Part shown: positions 46,700 through 58,966 of the stretch, piece after piece | How positions within the stretch are numbered: the stretch's first letter is position 1 | How the letters are laid out: the number at the start of each line of letters is the position of its first letter | Assembly: GCA_030167865.1 (NCBI GenBank) | Contig: JALAGF010004959.1 | Span: 1-61,020 of the forward strand | DNA: 61,020 nt | From: Craspedostauros australis | Taxonomy: Eukaryota | Reading direction: 5' to 3' | Notes under the pieces: generated by a model | What the model was told of the DNA's origin: nothing | Database searches by the model: none | What the model saw: only the letters and a program-made list of their open reading frames with translations | Position numbers and translations under genes: made by a program

Positions 46700-49600
46700 T
46701 TAGAAGGCCGACTCCAATTTCTTCATGGCGATTGCTGCAGATGCCAGCTGTTCGATGAGCTTGGCAGTCTCCGCCTGCTGCGTGACGTCGGCGTTGGGGT
46801 CGAGCAAACTTGCCTTCGCGATTTCAATCCGTGTCATGAGGCTGTCCAGCGCTTGCGACGTCACGGTCTCGGCTCGACTGACCTCGTCATCATCGAGGCT
46901 GTACTGTCTGCCACCGATGCCACGGTCGTTGTCAAACTCATTGGGTCCTCCGATGATCTGGAACTGGTCACCGTTGCCGTTATTGGTACCGCCTCTCTTG
47001 CGCCGAGGCGATGACCTTCTCATGGGGCTGCCACGACGCATGCCCTTGCGTGGTGAATTCGGGTTCTTCGGTGGAAGGCCCGTTGGTGTGCTGTTCTGCG
47101 AGTGAGGCGAAAGCGCTGCGGCTGTCTGCATCGTCTCGAGCACCGGTGCGGTGTTGATCGGAGGCGGAGGAGGCACTGACGACGATGACGATGGAACAGC
47201 GTTGCCATATTGCTGCTGGAAGTGTGGTGCCCTGTCATCGTTGCCAGCATTCTTCACACTTCGTCTCCTCGGCTTGAAGTTCATCATCTCCGGTGTCACC
47301 CGTGGTCGACGGGGGCTTGGCGCACGCATGCTTCGCTGGTTGGTCGCGATGGTACTGGCATTGGCATTTGTGTTGGCCTTGGTGATGGCTTCCAAGTTCA
47401 CGTCCAAGTTCAACTTCTCCTTTCTGGTTGAGGAGGTGCTCTTGTCGGCGATGCTCCTGCCGGACGCGATGGAGCCATCGCCAGGTCCCTGCAAGCTCTG
47501 CGCGACACGCACGACGATGTCGGCGGCCACTTCCTTGGTGCTCGTGGATTCCGAAAGGCTGTCGCTGTACTTCCTCTCCACGAAGAGCTCTGCGAGTTCC
47601 TGAACGGCTTCGACGTTGCCATTGTCCAAGAGCTCCGATGCTTGCGGGCCCTGGGTGCTGCGCATGAATTCGTTCGACACCATCTCCTTTGACAGGACGG
47701 TGAGGTCAGTGACTTTGACTGCATCATCGTCGCGCGAGGTGGTGGTGCCATTGGCTTCGTCTGTATCTTTGTTTGTATCTTCGACGGCATCTTCCGCGTC
47801 GGCAACCTTGTCGAATGTGAATTGCGACGTTGGTTTGTGGCTGGAAGCTGTTTCTTGGTCTGCGTCCGCGCCTGCACCTGCGTCTTTGTCTTCTTCCTTA
47901 ACGCTCTGTGCAGAAGGGCTGGTTTCCTCCGGTGGTTCCAGCACTGCTCTTGCCGACACGACCTCGTTCAGGTCGGTCGGAGGTTCCTCCGGCTTGCGGC
48001 GTGGCGTAACACCGTTCTTGGCCATGTCGTCAGGCGGATCGTCACGCAATGAGACAGCCGGTGTCGTAACCGTCGTCTTTTCGGTTTGCTTCTTGATGAG
48101 GTCCTCGAGCGTCACAGCTTTTTCTTGCTTGGGTTGAGCAGCAGCAACCACGGGTGCCTCGATGCTCCTGGTGTTCTTCTGATCTTGGATATCACTGACC
48201 TCTGCGGTATCCTTCTGTGCCAGAGTCTCCAATGGACCATCGATGGCTCCACGATCCCGCATGGTGCCTGCAGTTCTGGTCGTGGTGGTGGCGGCCTTGG
48301 TCAGTTCCATCGTCGCCGTTGGGGGTGCGGATTGCGCACCGAATGACGCCTTTGTGGCAAAGGCCGTCGCTTCGTCAGTCGCGGCTACGGCTGTCGTTGT
48401 GTTCTTCTTGTTGCCCTTGTTTTGCATGTCGCAAAGGATGCAGATCTCGCTGTTGCCTTGGGTGTCATCCATGAGCGGCATGGAACACACATCGCAGGAC
48501 ATGTCGAGCAACAGCCAACCGTCCATCATGCGGTTGGAGATCTCTGAGCTCACCAAGTTGCGTTTGGCTTCGAAATCGTCATGATCATCCTTCACTGACT
48601 CGGCGAGCGTCAGCGTCTCCATGAAATCGATATCCATGAAAAGTTCCTTCGTCGTGGCTGTGATTGCGGCGTCGTAGTCGGGAATGGCAGCAGCACCTGC
48701 TTGATTGTCATCAGCCTTGGTTGCCGCCGGTTCTTCTACTTCTTGTTCGTTGGCGGGCATCACCATCTCCTCCTCCTCAGCATCCGCCGATGCTGGCGCA
48801 TCCAACCCGCGCCTGGCGATGACTGGATCGTCCACGATATCACGGCTGTTGGCTTGTGCGACGGAGGAGGAGGATGGTTCCAGCACTGCCCTTGCCTCCG
48901 CGACAGTCTCTTCATCGTACCTGCCGTCCTTGCCGTTGCCGGAGCCACCGCACACGACGCATTCTCGTACTCCATCCTTCTCCACCAGAGCGCTGCCCTC
49001 GCATTCGGGTCCGCGGCAAAAGTCTGCAAGCGGAGTCCATCCTGCGATGATGCGGCGCGTCATCACCGCCTTGCCTTCGGCACGCAGCACGTCCCATTTA
49101 TCCGTGTGCAACCGGCTTGCCGATGGTTCGACGATCGGCTGCTTGTAATCTTCGCGCACGGCGCGGATGAACTGCTCCGCCTCCAAGATGGCCTCACGCT
49201 CAGCCTCGGCGATGGTCTGGGCGATGATGTCCTTGCGTGCCGACGACACGGAATCCAGAGCGGCACGGGCCTTCGCGATGGCTTCGTCGGCCAGCTTGGC
49301 CTTGGCGTCCGCTTCGGCTTGGAGTTCTGCAATGAGCCTCGCTTCTTCGGTGGCGGCTGCAGCCTCCGCTTCGTCGTGCGGTTCTGCCGTCGCGGCATGG
49401 CGACGTCGATCCATCTCTGCCTGCAGCAGGTAGTCGTGCGACTTGGATTCTGGCACGGCGCGCGATCGTTCCATGCGTTCCAATCGGCGGGTCTCCTCCA
49501 GCAGACGCAGCTCCTCTCTCTGCCTTTCCTCCTCGTTCATGACTTGCGGTTGAATTTCTTCGTCCGGCGATGCCGTTGGTGTTTCTGCTGTTATTGGCAT

Positions 49601-51107
49601 CGATGTTTCCGGCGTTTCATCGAAGGGGCTTTCTGTTCCATCATCTTCTGGAGCATCCATTTCTTCGTTGGCGTTCTCGTTGTCATCGTCGTTCTCAATG
49701 TCATTGTTGTCATCGATATTGGCTTCCGCGGTGACTGCGGCGCGAGCCTGCGCAACGATGGCGGCCGCATCGATGGTTGCTGCATCGTCGATCGGCTCCT
49801 CCGCGACGAATTCCGTTGGCTGCATTTCGAAACCCTTGCTCGTGACGGACAAGATGGGTCCCAACGCTCTGGACGTGGTCATGGTATTGATCACAGGCAC
49901 GGAGGTGGCCAAGGACGGCACCGCCCCTACGTGCTCCTCCTCATACGCTGCGGCGGCCTCCTGCGCTTCGTCCATCAAGCGTCGCTCCTCACGTTCCAAG
50001 TACTCAATACGCTGGGCTTCCAACTTCTCCAGCTCCTTGCGCTCCTTCTCCTGCTGAACCAGCAGCTCGAGCTTCTCGCGTTCGGCCGCCAAACGCCTGC
50101 GCTCCCTGATCTTCCTGCGGGCCTTGCGGGCCAGTGCCGGACACACGACGCAGGAGATTTCGTCGTTCTTTTGCATGAGCGGCATGCTGCATTTGGTGCA
50201 TTGCGTCTCCTTGAGGGTGTAGCCCCGTATCATCTTGGCGCCGAGGACCTTGGTGGCGATTTCGCGGCTGAATGGGGTGGAATATAACATGATGGGATGG
50301 GAATGGCATGTGAATTAATGAATGAATGAATGAATGAATGAGAGAATGAATACGTTTGATGCCAGCTGCTGCAATTTCCTGGATCCTTGTCAACCAATGT
50401 CATTCCCATTCAAACCGGCACAACCAAATCATGACAACATAATGTGGCACTCACCGCACGCTGTACTCTCCGAGGATGTCCAAGTCATCGTAGGCCGAAA
50501 CGCTGCCATTCATCGACGGCGTGGTAATTGCCGTGGCCATCGATTTGCCAGGCCCTTCCGAATCGACACTCTGCGATGCGTCAAAGTCGTGCTTCTTCTC
50601 CGTCAACGTCGAGATGGACGACGAGTTGGGCACGATTGCGGGTTCCGCCTCCTCCTTCTTCTCCTCCTCGAAGATGATGGGCTCGTGCATCATGTGCTTG
50701 GGCATGGTGTAGACGGTCTGATCCGCGACGGTGGAACCGGCATCCAACGCCACGAGGATGCTGCCCTTGACCTTGATGGATTCGCATTGTTCCAACACGC
50801 TGATCTCGGATTCCTTCGTGACAACGTGCGCCGAGCAGCAGACGCAGAATGGAACGCCCTGCACCGGTTCGAAGGGCTGGTCGAAGGATGTCGATTGCAG
50901 GGGATCTGCATCGTGCTGTTGCTGCGGTGGTTCGGTTGGCAGATTGCGTTTGACGAGGGGCGTGACGCACGCAGGACACGAGACCTCGAGGAGGACGTAA
51001 CCCTCCAACAGCTTCTCGCTGAGAAGGCGTTCGACTTCGGCTTCGTTGTCCTCGCTCATGGTGGGGTCCGCCATCGTCACAGGGTGCTCCTCCAATGGGG
51101 TCTCCAT
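46700..51107 (-). CDS. Protein with four ZNRD2/SSSCA1 (autoantigen p27)-like zinc-ribbon domains; 2 exons (51107-50455, 50267-46700), ~1406 aa
   Basis: Repeats LSEKLLEGYVLLEVSCPACVTPL, LGAKMIRGYTLKETQCTKCSMPLM..CVVC, TRRIIAGWTPLADFCRGPEC..CVVC and ISNRMMDGWLLLDMSCDVCSMPLM..CILC. C-terminal helical hairpin. Intron 50454-50268 joins EYSVR|REIATK. Confidence 0.85.
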
Positions 51108-52216
51108 GATGGCACGCGCAGTGGATTGAGATACTGAAGCTGAAGCAGATTCGCACAACAATTTTGTCGACGCTGCGTTCTATGGGAACCTGATGGAGGT
51201 GGTCTGTTTGGTCCTCAATTGATTGTGATTGCTCTTCCTTCTGATCGTATCGTTGTGCTTCTGCTGTTGCTGTTGCGGTCGCCGATGATGATGATGATGA
51301 TGTTGCTGTTATCTCAGCCTTCGTTCAATCTCGCTCTCGCTGTTCAACCTCAACCTCGTTCTCACTCCTTGTTCCAGGTAAAATTCTCACTTCCGCTTGC
51401 GCCTTACAAGTGGGTCGTACGAGAGGATCGGTGAATTGCAGTTGATGTATGCGCAAGACCGGTGAATACGTAAAATGGGTGCGATGCCGACCGATGTTGA
51501 CGTTGTTGTTGTGATTTCCGTCGAACAGAGGTGAGATGGCGATGAAATGTCCGCGATTTCTGTGTGAGACGGTCCAGCACACAAAAAAGCGCCAAACGTA
51601 AAGCGAGGTTCAGCGATGGGACTGGATCATGTGCAATTCCATCCATGCCTCCGTATACATATTAATTCTTGAATGTTGTGAAATTTTCTTTCACATGGAA
51701 TCAATCATTCCATTTTATTCAATGCTGAAGGATGTATATTTTTGCGATTCACTCATTCGATGAATCCTGCGAAGAAAGAGAGTATTGAACACTTCGACTG
51801 CAAGATGTCAGACACGACCTGAACCAACCAAAATGGATGCACGACCAAAATGGCGGCTTCCATCCACCGCAAAGAAAAAGCCGTCACCATGGTGGTGGCC
51901 GTAATGACAATGATGATGCCAACGATGTGGATGACGGTGATGACGGTGATGAAGGGAGCGGGACGACAGCCATGCTTATGATCATCGCCGCTGCCGCCGA
52001 CATTGCCATAGAACAAAAGAAGGTATTGCAACCAAGTCAATCGGAGATAACCAGCTGTCCACGCAGTGAAGACAGTGAAGACAGTGCAGACAGTGCAGAC
52101 AGTGGGAGAGAGGAGAAAAGACCGAATAGAATACACTCTATACACACATATATACTGTATAGATATATACTGTGTAGATATATATATAGAGAGATATTGA
52201 TACTCATACGACAACC

Positions 52217-53542
52217 ATGACAGCCGCAGATTCAGATGCAGAAGTGCCTACCAGCACAGCAACAGAAGCAACTGCAACAGAGGCAACTGCCGCAACACCT
52301 TTGCTGCCACACGACCGCGATTGGCTGAAGAAACTGCTGAAGAACCCCAACGCGCGGCGCAATGACAGGGCATTGGTCGTCGCCCCCATGGTGGACCAAT
52401 CGGAGCTGCCGTACCGCCTGCTGTGCCGCAAGTACGGCGCCAACCTCTGCTTCACGCCCATGATCCACGCCAAGCTGCTGTGCACGGTCGATTCCTACCG
52501 CAACAAGTTCATCGGCACGTGGCTGCCGCAGCAGGATCGTCCCCTCATCGCCCAGCTTGCCGGCAGCGACGTCTCCCTCCTGTTGCAGGCCGCGCGCTAC
52601 GTCGAACCGCACGTCGACGGCATCGACATCAACTGCGGCTGTCCGCAGAACATCGCGAAACGCGGCAATTACGGCGCCTTCCTGCTAGAGCAGGAAACCT
52701 TGCTCGTCGACGTCGTGCGGCAGCTGTCGCCGCAGCTGCGCGTGCCGCTGTCCGTCAAGGTGCGTCTCTTGCCCGAACCGGAGCATTGGAAGGAGCGCAA
52801 TCCCACGACGCCGTGGGACGTCGCGCAACGCTCCCTCGGTCTCTACACCAAACTCGTCGACGCCGGCGCCCGCATGCTCACGATCCACGGCCGCACGCGA
52901 CATCAGAAATCCCTGCTGACGGGACACGCCGATTGGCGCATCATCCGCCGCGCCGTCGATCTGCTGGGCCATCGCATCCCCATCTTGGCCAACGGCAGCA
53001 TCGCGACGTACGACGATATCGAGGCCTGCCTCGAGCAGACGCAGGCCGATGGCATCATGAGCAGCGAGGCCGTGTTGGAGTATCCGCCGTTGTTCTACAA
53101 GCAGACGCCGCAACGCACGATCGGCCGCGTGCAGTTGGCGCAGGAGTATCTCGACTTCGTGCGCCAGTATCCACCGCACATCGGCGGCCAAGGCAGCGGC
53201 ATGAAGTGCGTGCGCACGCATCTGCATCGCTTTTTGCATGCCGATCTGCAGCAGGATCCGTACTGGCGCAGTCGCGTCGTCAACATCGACACGGTGGACG
53301 GATTGCAGGAGTGCGTCGATTACTTCGTCGACAAGCACAAGCGCATGGGGCATCGCATCGAGACGGAGGAGCTGTCGTGGTACATGCGGCATCGGGCGGA
53401 TCCGGACCTCGTGCGGGAGCGGTTGGAACGCAACTGTCAGATCAAGTACCACGAGCTGGATGATGATGCGGCAGAGTGCATGGGCAACATGTTCGAGGAA
53501 CCGCTCAACGAGTGTGGTCGGACGGATGCTGGAGACTACTGA
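52217..53542 (+). CDS. DUS1: tRNA-dihydrouridine synthase (DUS1-like)
   Basis: VAPMVDQSELPYR, FTPMIHAK, DINCGCPQNIAKRGNYGAFL, VKVR, LTIHGRT, ANGSI and DGIMSSE motifs. Confidence 0.9.
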   Translation: MTAADSDAEVPTSTATEATATEATAATPLLPHDRDWLKKLLKNPNARRNDRALVVAPMVDQSELPYRLLCRKYGANLCFTPMIHAKLLCTVDSYRNKFIGTWLPQQDRPLIAQLAGSDVSLLLQAARYVEPHVDGIDINCGCPQNIAKRGNYGAFLLEQETLLVDVVRQLSPQLRVPLSVKVRLLPEPEHWKERNPTTPWDVAQRSLGLYTKLVDAGARMLTIHGRTRHQKSLLTGHADWRIIRRAVDLLGHRIPILANGSIATYDDIEACLEQTQADGIMSSEAVLEYPPLFYKQTPQRTIGRVQLAQEYLDFVRQYPPHIGGQGSGMKCVRTHLHRFLHADLQQDPYWRSRVVNIDTVDGLQECVDYFVDKHKRMGHRIETEELSWYMRHRADPDLVRERLERNCQIKYHELDDDAAECMGNMFEEPLNECGRTDAGDY

Positions 53543-53650
53543 GTACTCCCATGTACATACATACATACACACACATACCATAGATACGTAACCACTTCTA
53601 AAGTCGCTAACATTGCACTGTATCGTACTAATTGTATGCATTCACGCTAG

Positions 53651-55282
53651 TTATACGGGCAACAGATCGTTGATGCAGCGTGGCAATTCCATGCTGCCGT
53701 TCTGATGAATGTCGGGGATGGGTCGCTTCTGCTCGATGAATTGCCGCTCACGATCCAGCCGCTGCGGCATCGAGTATCCCATGGTGACGTCGTAATCCTC
53801 AAAGATGGGGTCGACGGGGAAGGGCCAGGTGTACCAGCCCTGCACGCCAAAGACCTCCTTGAGGGGGATGGGTTCCTCGTCGGATTGGGACATGGTGTTG
53901 GTGGCCTTCTTCTTGAGCCGGTCGATGGTGCCGATTCCCGTGAGCAGACCGTAGCACACGTTCATGAGCATGCTGGATGTGAAGAGGAAGGCGCCCACGC
54001 ACAGCACGGACATGACGCGGACCAGGTGCACCACCCACGGATGGAACATGCACTCATCCTCGGCGCACAAGAAGTAGTTCCATCCGAACAGGAACAGCGA
54101 GTAGGCCGCGCATGTCCACGTGTACAACAGGAACAGAAGGAAGTGCTCTGTTGTTGCGTTGGAGTATGGTGGTGTTGCGTGGGATGGAGTGTTTGAAAGA
54201 ATGATATGAAAGAGAAAGCGACGATGTGAGCTGATGGTGCTATTCCAACAACACACTGCAATGCATACTTGGAATACATTTATGGCCGCAACAACGTCGC
54301 ACACAATCCAACTCACTCAAATTGGCAGCACCGACGCAGTTGTTCATCCAGGGACAGTGATGGTCCATGCGCGATATGCAACGATTGCAGATGCGGCAAT
54401 GATGGGACATGGGCGGTTTGAAGGTCTGGCACTGCCCACACATGGAGTGCGAATCCTTGAGGAGTCGTTGCTTTTCCGATGGAATGGCGGCGAGGGGGAC
54501 GCTGCCTGGATCGGTGAGGGAGGTCTTGGCGTGGCAGGCCAGGGCCATGACGCAGAGGATGTTGTAGGTCATTCCGGCCACTACGGGGATGCCGTTGGTT
54601 ATCATGAGCAGGGTGATTGTAAGGGAGGAGTAGAGCATGAGGAACCAGACCAAGGCGGACATGATGGATCCGGCCTGGTCGGAGCTGTTGAACCAGATTC
54701 CATTCTGCAATATGAGGAGACGGAAGTGTGATGCGGAGGACGAAAGCCGAAGAAAGGCACAGAATGGAAAGAAAAGGTGAGTGAGTGAGAGATGGTAGGT
54801 GCGAAGAAAGATGGATGATGCATTCATTCAAAACTGCTCTTTCCACCAATCACACCACAACTCAACTCGACCACATGAATGAATGAGACTCCGTAGCACC
54901 AAATGGAGCACCCCCTCAAATCAAACGAATGACACTCCATGGCACCCGACAACGCAACACCCGACAACGCAACACCCAAACTCACCCGCTCCGTCGTCCC
55001 GAACGAGCAACTCCACGGTTGGCCATTGAAGGAATCGATGTAGAATTCGCCGCGTTCCCTTATTCTGGGATACGCTTGCGGTGGCTTCTTACCACCGACA
55101 TCATCGTAGGTGTAATCGTATTCCAGCACTTCTCTCGATGGCGCATAGCATTCGACGCAGCCGCAGATTTTGAAAAAGGCCGGCGGCGGCGTCGAGTGCT
55201 TGCTGTTGACTTCCTGCGCGTACATGGGTTGGGCGTCGGCGGCCACCGCGTTGTTGGGTGTGGCGGCGTTGGGTGTCGCCAT
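53651..55282 (-). CDS. DHHC-type protein S-palmitoyltransferase; 3 exons (55282-54986, 54704-54317, 54147-53651), ~393 aa
   Basis: TDPG, and [47 protein letters not shown] restored across intron 54316-54148. Four TM helices. Both introns are GTGAGT...CAG. Confidence 0.92.
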
Positions 55283-55494
55283 TGTGAATGGATAGTCGTT
55301 GATTTGTGGACTTTTTCCAATCAGATAATTACGTGTCTGCGCTGCGAATGAGCTGCTGCAGAATGCTGATCGACCGAACGAATGACCGAATGAGTGAACG
55401 ACCGAATGAATGAGTGAAGGCCTCCAGCGATTTCTTGTGTTCAATCGTCAACCAAGAGGAATGCAATGGCCACACGGATAGACTCTGTCGCGAT

Positions 55495-55551
55495 TGCTTT
55501 CGTTGCTTTCGATGCTTTCGTTGCTATCGTTGCTTTCGTTGCTTTCGTTGC
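55495..55551. repeat. 9-bp tandem repeat (TGCTTTCGT)x~6
   Basis: Read directly from the sequence; lies upstream of the DHHC gene. Confidence 0.85.
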
Positions 55552-55839
55552 CGATGAAGATGGACTGCTCCTTTCCCGATTGCCACAACCTTCCACGTTC
55601 GAAGCCTTCCGTCTCGCTACGAAGTCTCTACCACTTTGGACGCCACGGGCAAGATCCCGGCTGATGCTATTTCCAAAGGTGTCGCACTAATAGCTCGTGC
55701 GATACTGAAGACCTGTGTGTCCAATGCAGCTTCTTCCAAGAGTTCCAGATCGTCAGATTGTTGGCAGATGGGTTGACTGAATTCTCAGCTTGATCAGCAG
55801 CCGGTCGTTCCTGATGCAGTTGGTACGAGTATCGATGAT

Positions 55840-55911
55840 GGTGGCACTGACGATGGCACTGACGATGGCACTGACGATGGCACTGACGATGGCACTGACG
55901 ATGGCACTGAC
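55840..55911. repeat. 12-bp tandem repeat (GATGGCACTGAC)x6
   Basis: Five perfect units at 55852-55911 plus one unit with one mismatch at 55840. Confidence 0.92.
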
Positions 55912-56849
55912 GGTGACGATGGTGATAGTGCAAACGGATTGGTGTGCATGCGGTTTCACCAAGGTCCCTGGAGCAGATTATCCTGGTCTCCGTTCGAGTA
56001 TCCTCTCTTGTTGCTCTGCTCCAACGATGCCGTTAGCAACCGCTCCTGTTCGTACTGCTCCACCGTCTCCGTTTTGTTCTTCCTCTTTCGTCGCCGCCAT
56101 GCTATCGCGTCCATCGCAGCGTCTTTCTCTCTTCGTTCCTGTTTCGGTTTTCCCTCTTTGTTTGTATCATCACGTCACAACAACGCACAACAGCATTCTT
56201 GTATGCGTCGGATTTGGCGGTTAGACCTCGCAACGACGAAACTGTGACATGTATCATTGCCACAATCTACAAATTGAATACAATTCAATATTCAGTGCGC
56301 GCCGGTCGGCACTGTTCAACCCAACAAAATCCAACCGATCTTCCAACACATCGTTTCGTTTTTGTTTCTTTCATTGAAAGTTGCGGCAATATAACTATTA
56401 GATTCTAAAATGATCACACGCTTGCCTGTTGAAGGTCAGACTGAGTAGGTGACTTATAGACAGCGCACAAATGAGAAACAAAAGGGCCTTTATATGCGTG
56501 GCAATAACACATCATGTTCTCTCGGTTAAATGTCTTGATGTTTGCCGAGCGTTAGTTGTCGTTCAGGCCACGAAAGGTTGTTTGGTTGTGACGAGGCTTA
56601 TTCCCGTTGTTTGTCTCCACTGTGACATGCAACCGATAAATACGACCATTTGCCAGCGCACACGCCACCGACTTGCGCATCAAATTCTTGCACTTTCGCA
56701 GCGGCATGGACAGTGACGAACCGAAAATCATACCTTTGTCCGTCACATCCATGTCTAACAACACCGATACCGGAAGAGGCGCCAAGATTCTGTGCGCAAC
56801 CATCCAACCAGTCTCCCGCTCGCCTCCGATTGGTGAGAAACTAGTTGAA

Positions 56850-56995
56850 TCTTCATCTTCATCGTCATCACCACTTTCATCATCACTTTCATCATCACTT
56901 TCATCATCGCTTTCGTCGTCACTTCCGTCATCACATTCATCATCACTTTCATCATCACTTTCGTCGTCACATTCATCATCTCATTCATCATCATA
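56850..56995. repeat. Degenerate 12-bp minisatellite (CATCATCACTTT)n upstream of the EamA gene
   Basis: Reads as (HHHF)n or (SSSL)n depending on frame. Confidence 0.85.
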
Positions 56996-57084
56996 AAAAT
57001 GAATCTGCGGCCGACGCCACCGATAGCATCCTCGTCAACATAACCACCACAACCGTCATCAACGACAACAACAACAGCAGCACC

Positions 57085-58296
57085 ATGACGAAAGTGAGTG
57101 AAACGATCCACTTCAAGCCGTCTTGGCTGTCCACGGAGTCCTACAGTCTCATGCTCCTCCTCGTCTCCGCCATGCTCTACTCCATGATGGCAGCATTCGT
57201 CAAGCTCGCGTCCAACGACGGATTGCCGGCCACGGAACTGCTCTTCGTGCGCGTCATCTTCCAGAGCATCTTCATCCTCGTTGGAATGTTCAATCTCAGG
57301 CCGACCACCGTCGAGCAAGGTAAATCCGTCGGCGACGTTCAGGCAACACCCGTGCAGCAGGAGTCCTACATCGCTGCGGAGATTCGCAATGAATCTGCTC
57401 CGGCCACCACCACTGCGTCAACCACAGAGCAACAGCACCAAAAGCAGCGCCCGCTCATCTTCACACCGTTCGGCGGAACATGGGAGGTCCAGAAGATCGT
57501 CTTGCTGCGTGGCATGTTCGGTGGCCTCGGCATCGTCTTGCACTTCTTCGCCATCTCGACCCTTCCCTTGGGCGATGCCATCACCATCCTCTCGCTTTAC
57601 CCCGTCATCACCATCTTTGCGGCCGCCATCTACCTGCACGAGCCAATCCGGTTGTTCCACGTCCTGGCGGCCGGCACCAGCATCATCGGTGCCATTTGTG
57701 TCGCGCATCCGACCTTCACGGCGACGAGCGGCTGGATCGGATACGCCGCCGCGATTCTGGGCTGCCTCTGCCAAGGTGCCGTCGTCACGCTGATCCGCAA
57801 GGCCGGCACCATCGGCGCCCACACCTTCCAGCTCATGTGGTCATGGGCCTGCTTCGGCATCTTCTTTTCGGTCATGCTCGGCCTCCAACCCTGGCTGCAA
57901 GATATCAACGGATCCTGGCGCATCCCATCGATCCGCAACGAACCCCACATTTGGTGGTACATCCTCGGCATCGGGATGATGGGATCGTGCGGTCATTTCC
58001 TCATCAACTACGCCGGGCGGTTGGCACCGGCCGGACTCAGCGGGATCGTCTGGAGCACGGATATCGGGTGGGCCTACGTTTGGGAGATCGTCGTCTTTCA
58101 TCAAATACCGGCCAAGACAACGCGCGTGGGAGTCATGCTCGTCTTGTCGTCCTTGTGCATGATCGCCGGCCGCAGGCTGTGGGAGGAACGTAGCCAGCAG
58201 AAGACGAAACGCTTCAACTTGGAAGAGCGAGCGTACAGCACCATGTCCGATCCGGAAACTGTCAGCGACGAAAACACGAGCTTGTTGGAAACCTAG
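57085..58296 (+). CDS. EamA/DMT superfamily transporter (SLC35G-like), ~403 aa
   Basis: About 10 TM helices. Motifs LLRGMFG, FAISTLPLGDAITI, PVITIFAAAIYLHEPI and VVTLIRK. First in-frame ATG at 57085. Confidence 0.88.
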   Translation: MTKVSETIHFKPSWLSTESYSLMLLLVSAMLYSMMAAFVKLASNDGLPATELLFVRVIFQSIFILVGMFNLRPTTVEQGKSVGDVQATPVQQESYIAAEIRNESAPATTTASTTEQQHQKQRPLIFTPFGGTWEVQKIVLLRGMFGGLGIVLHFFAISTLPLGDAITILSLYPVITIFAAAIYLHEPIRLFHVLAAGTSIIGAICVAHPTFTATSGWIGYAAAILGCLCQGAVVTLIRKAGTIGAHTFQLMWSWACFGIFFSVMLGLQPWLQDINGSWRIPSIRNEPHIWWYILGIGMMGSCGHFLINYAGRLAPAGLSGIVWSTDIGWAYVWEIVVFHQIPAKTTRVGVMLVLSSLCMIAGRRLWEERSQQKTKRFNLEERAYSTMSDPETVSDENTSLLET

Positions 58297-58966
58297 AGTG
58301 AGCAGGTTCTGCAGGTCGCGGTTCTCTATAATAGCAAAGCACATTGGGAAAAAATGTAGAGTACTCTGGAGAATAGTAGGGGACTATACAGAGCAGTGTA
58401 CTCGTCCAGGAGCTACATGCATGTTGATCAAAGAAACTACGCGGGTGAGACAGAGAATGCGTCTGTCGGTCGACCGATCGGTTCGGACCAAAACGAACTC
58501 TCATTTGGGGGGGGACTGTCGACGAGCGAATCACACCGTGTGCGCAACCGTCGACCTCCCTCTGTTTCTTTTCGTGGAACCATCATCAACACAGCATTGG
58601 CCAACAGAACTGCATTGGCATGATGGGCAGAAAAGCAAATCCCGCAATCACGCCCCCTCTGGGGAGAGAAGAAAGGAAAGACGCCGACAGAACAAGCACA
58701 TCCGCCCACAGTCTTCTTCGCCACCACCGATTGCCACCATTGCCATTGATCATCTCGCGCTCGTCTCTTCCTCCTCCACTCTCGAACTGCCTGCACTCGC
58801 ATAGTTCGACGATTGCAGTGTGGATACGGGCCTGGAAACCGCGAGTTCCTCCCTGCAGAGCAGAACAGGTCATCCAACACCATTCATCCGTGGTGGTGTT
58901 ACCAAGGTGGTTCGGAGCCAATTGACAGGAACCGCCAACGGACTCGCTACAACACTCGCTATCGCC

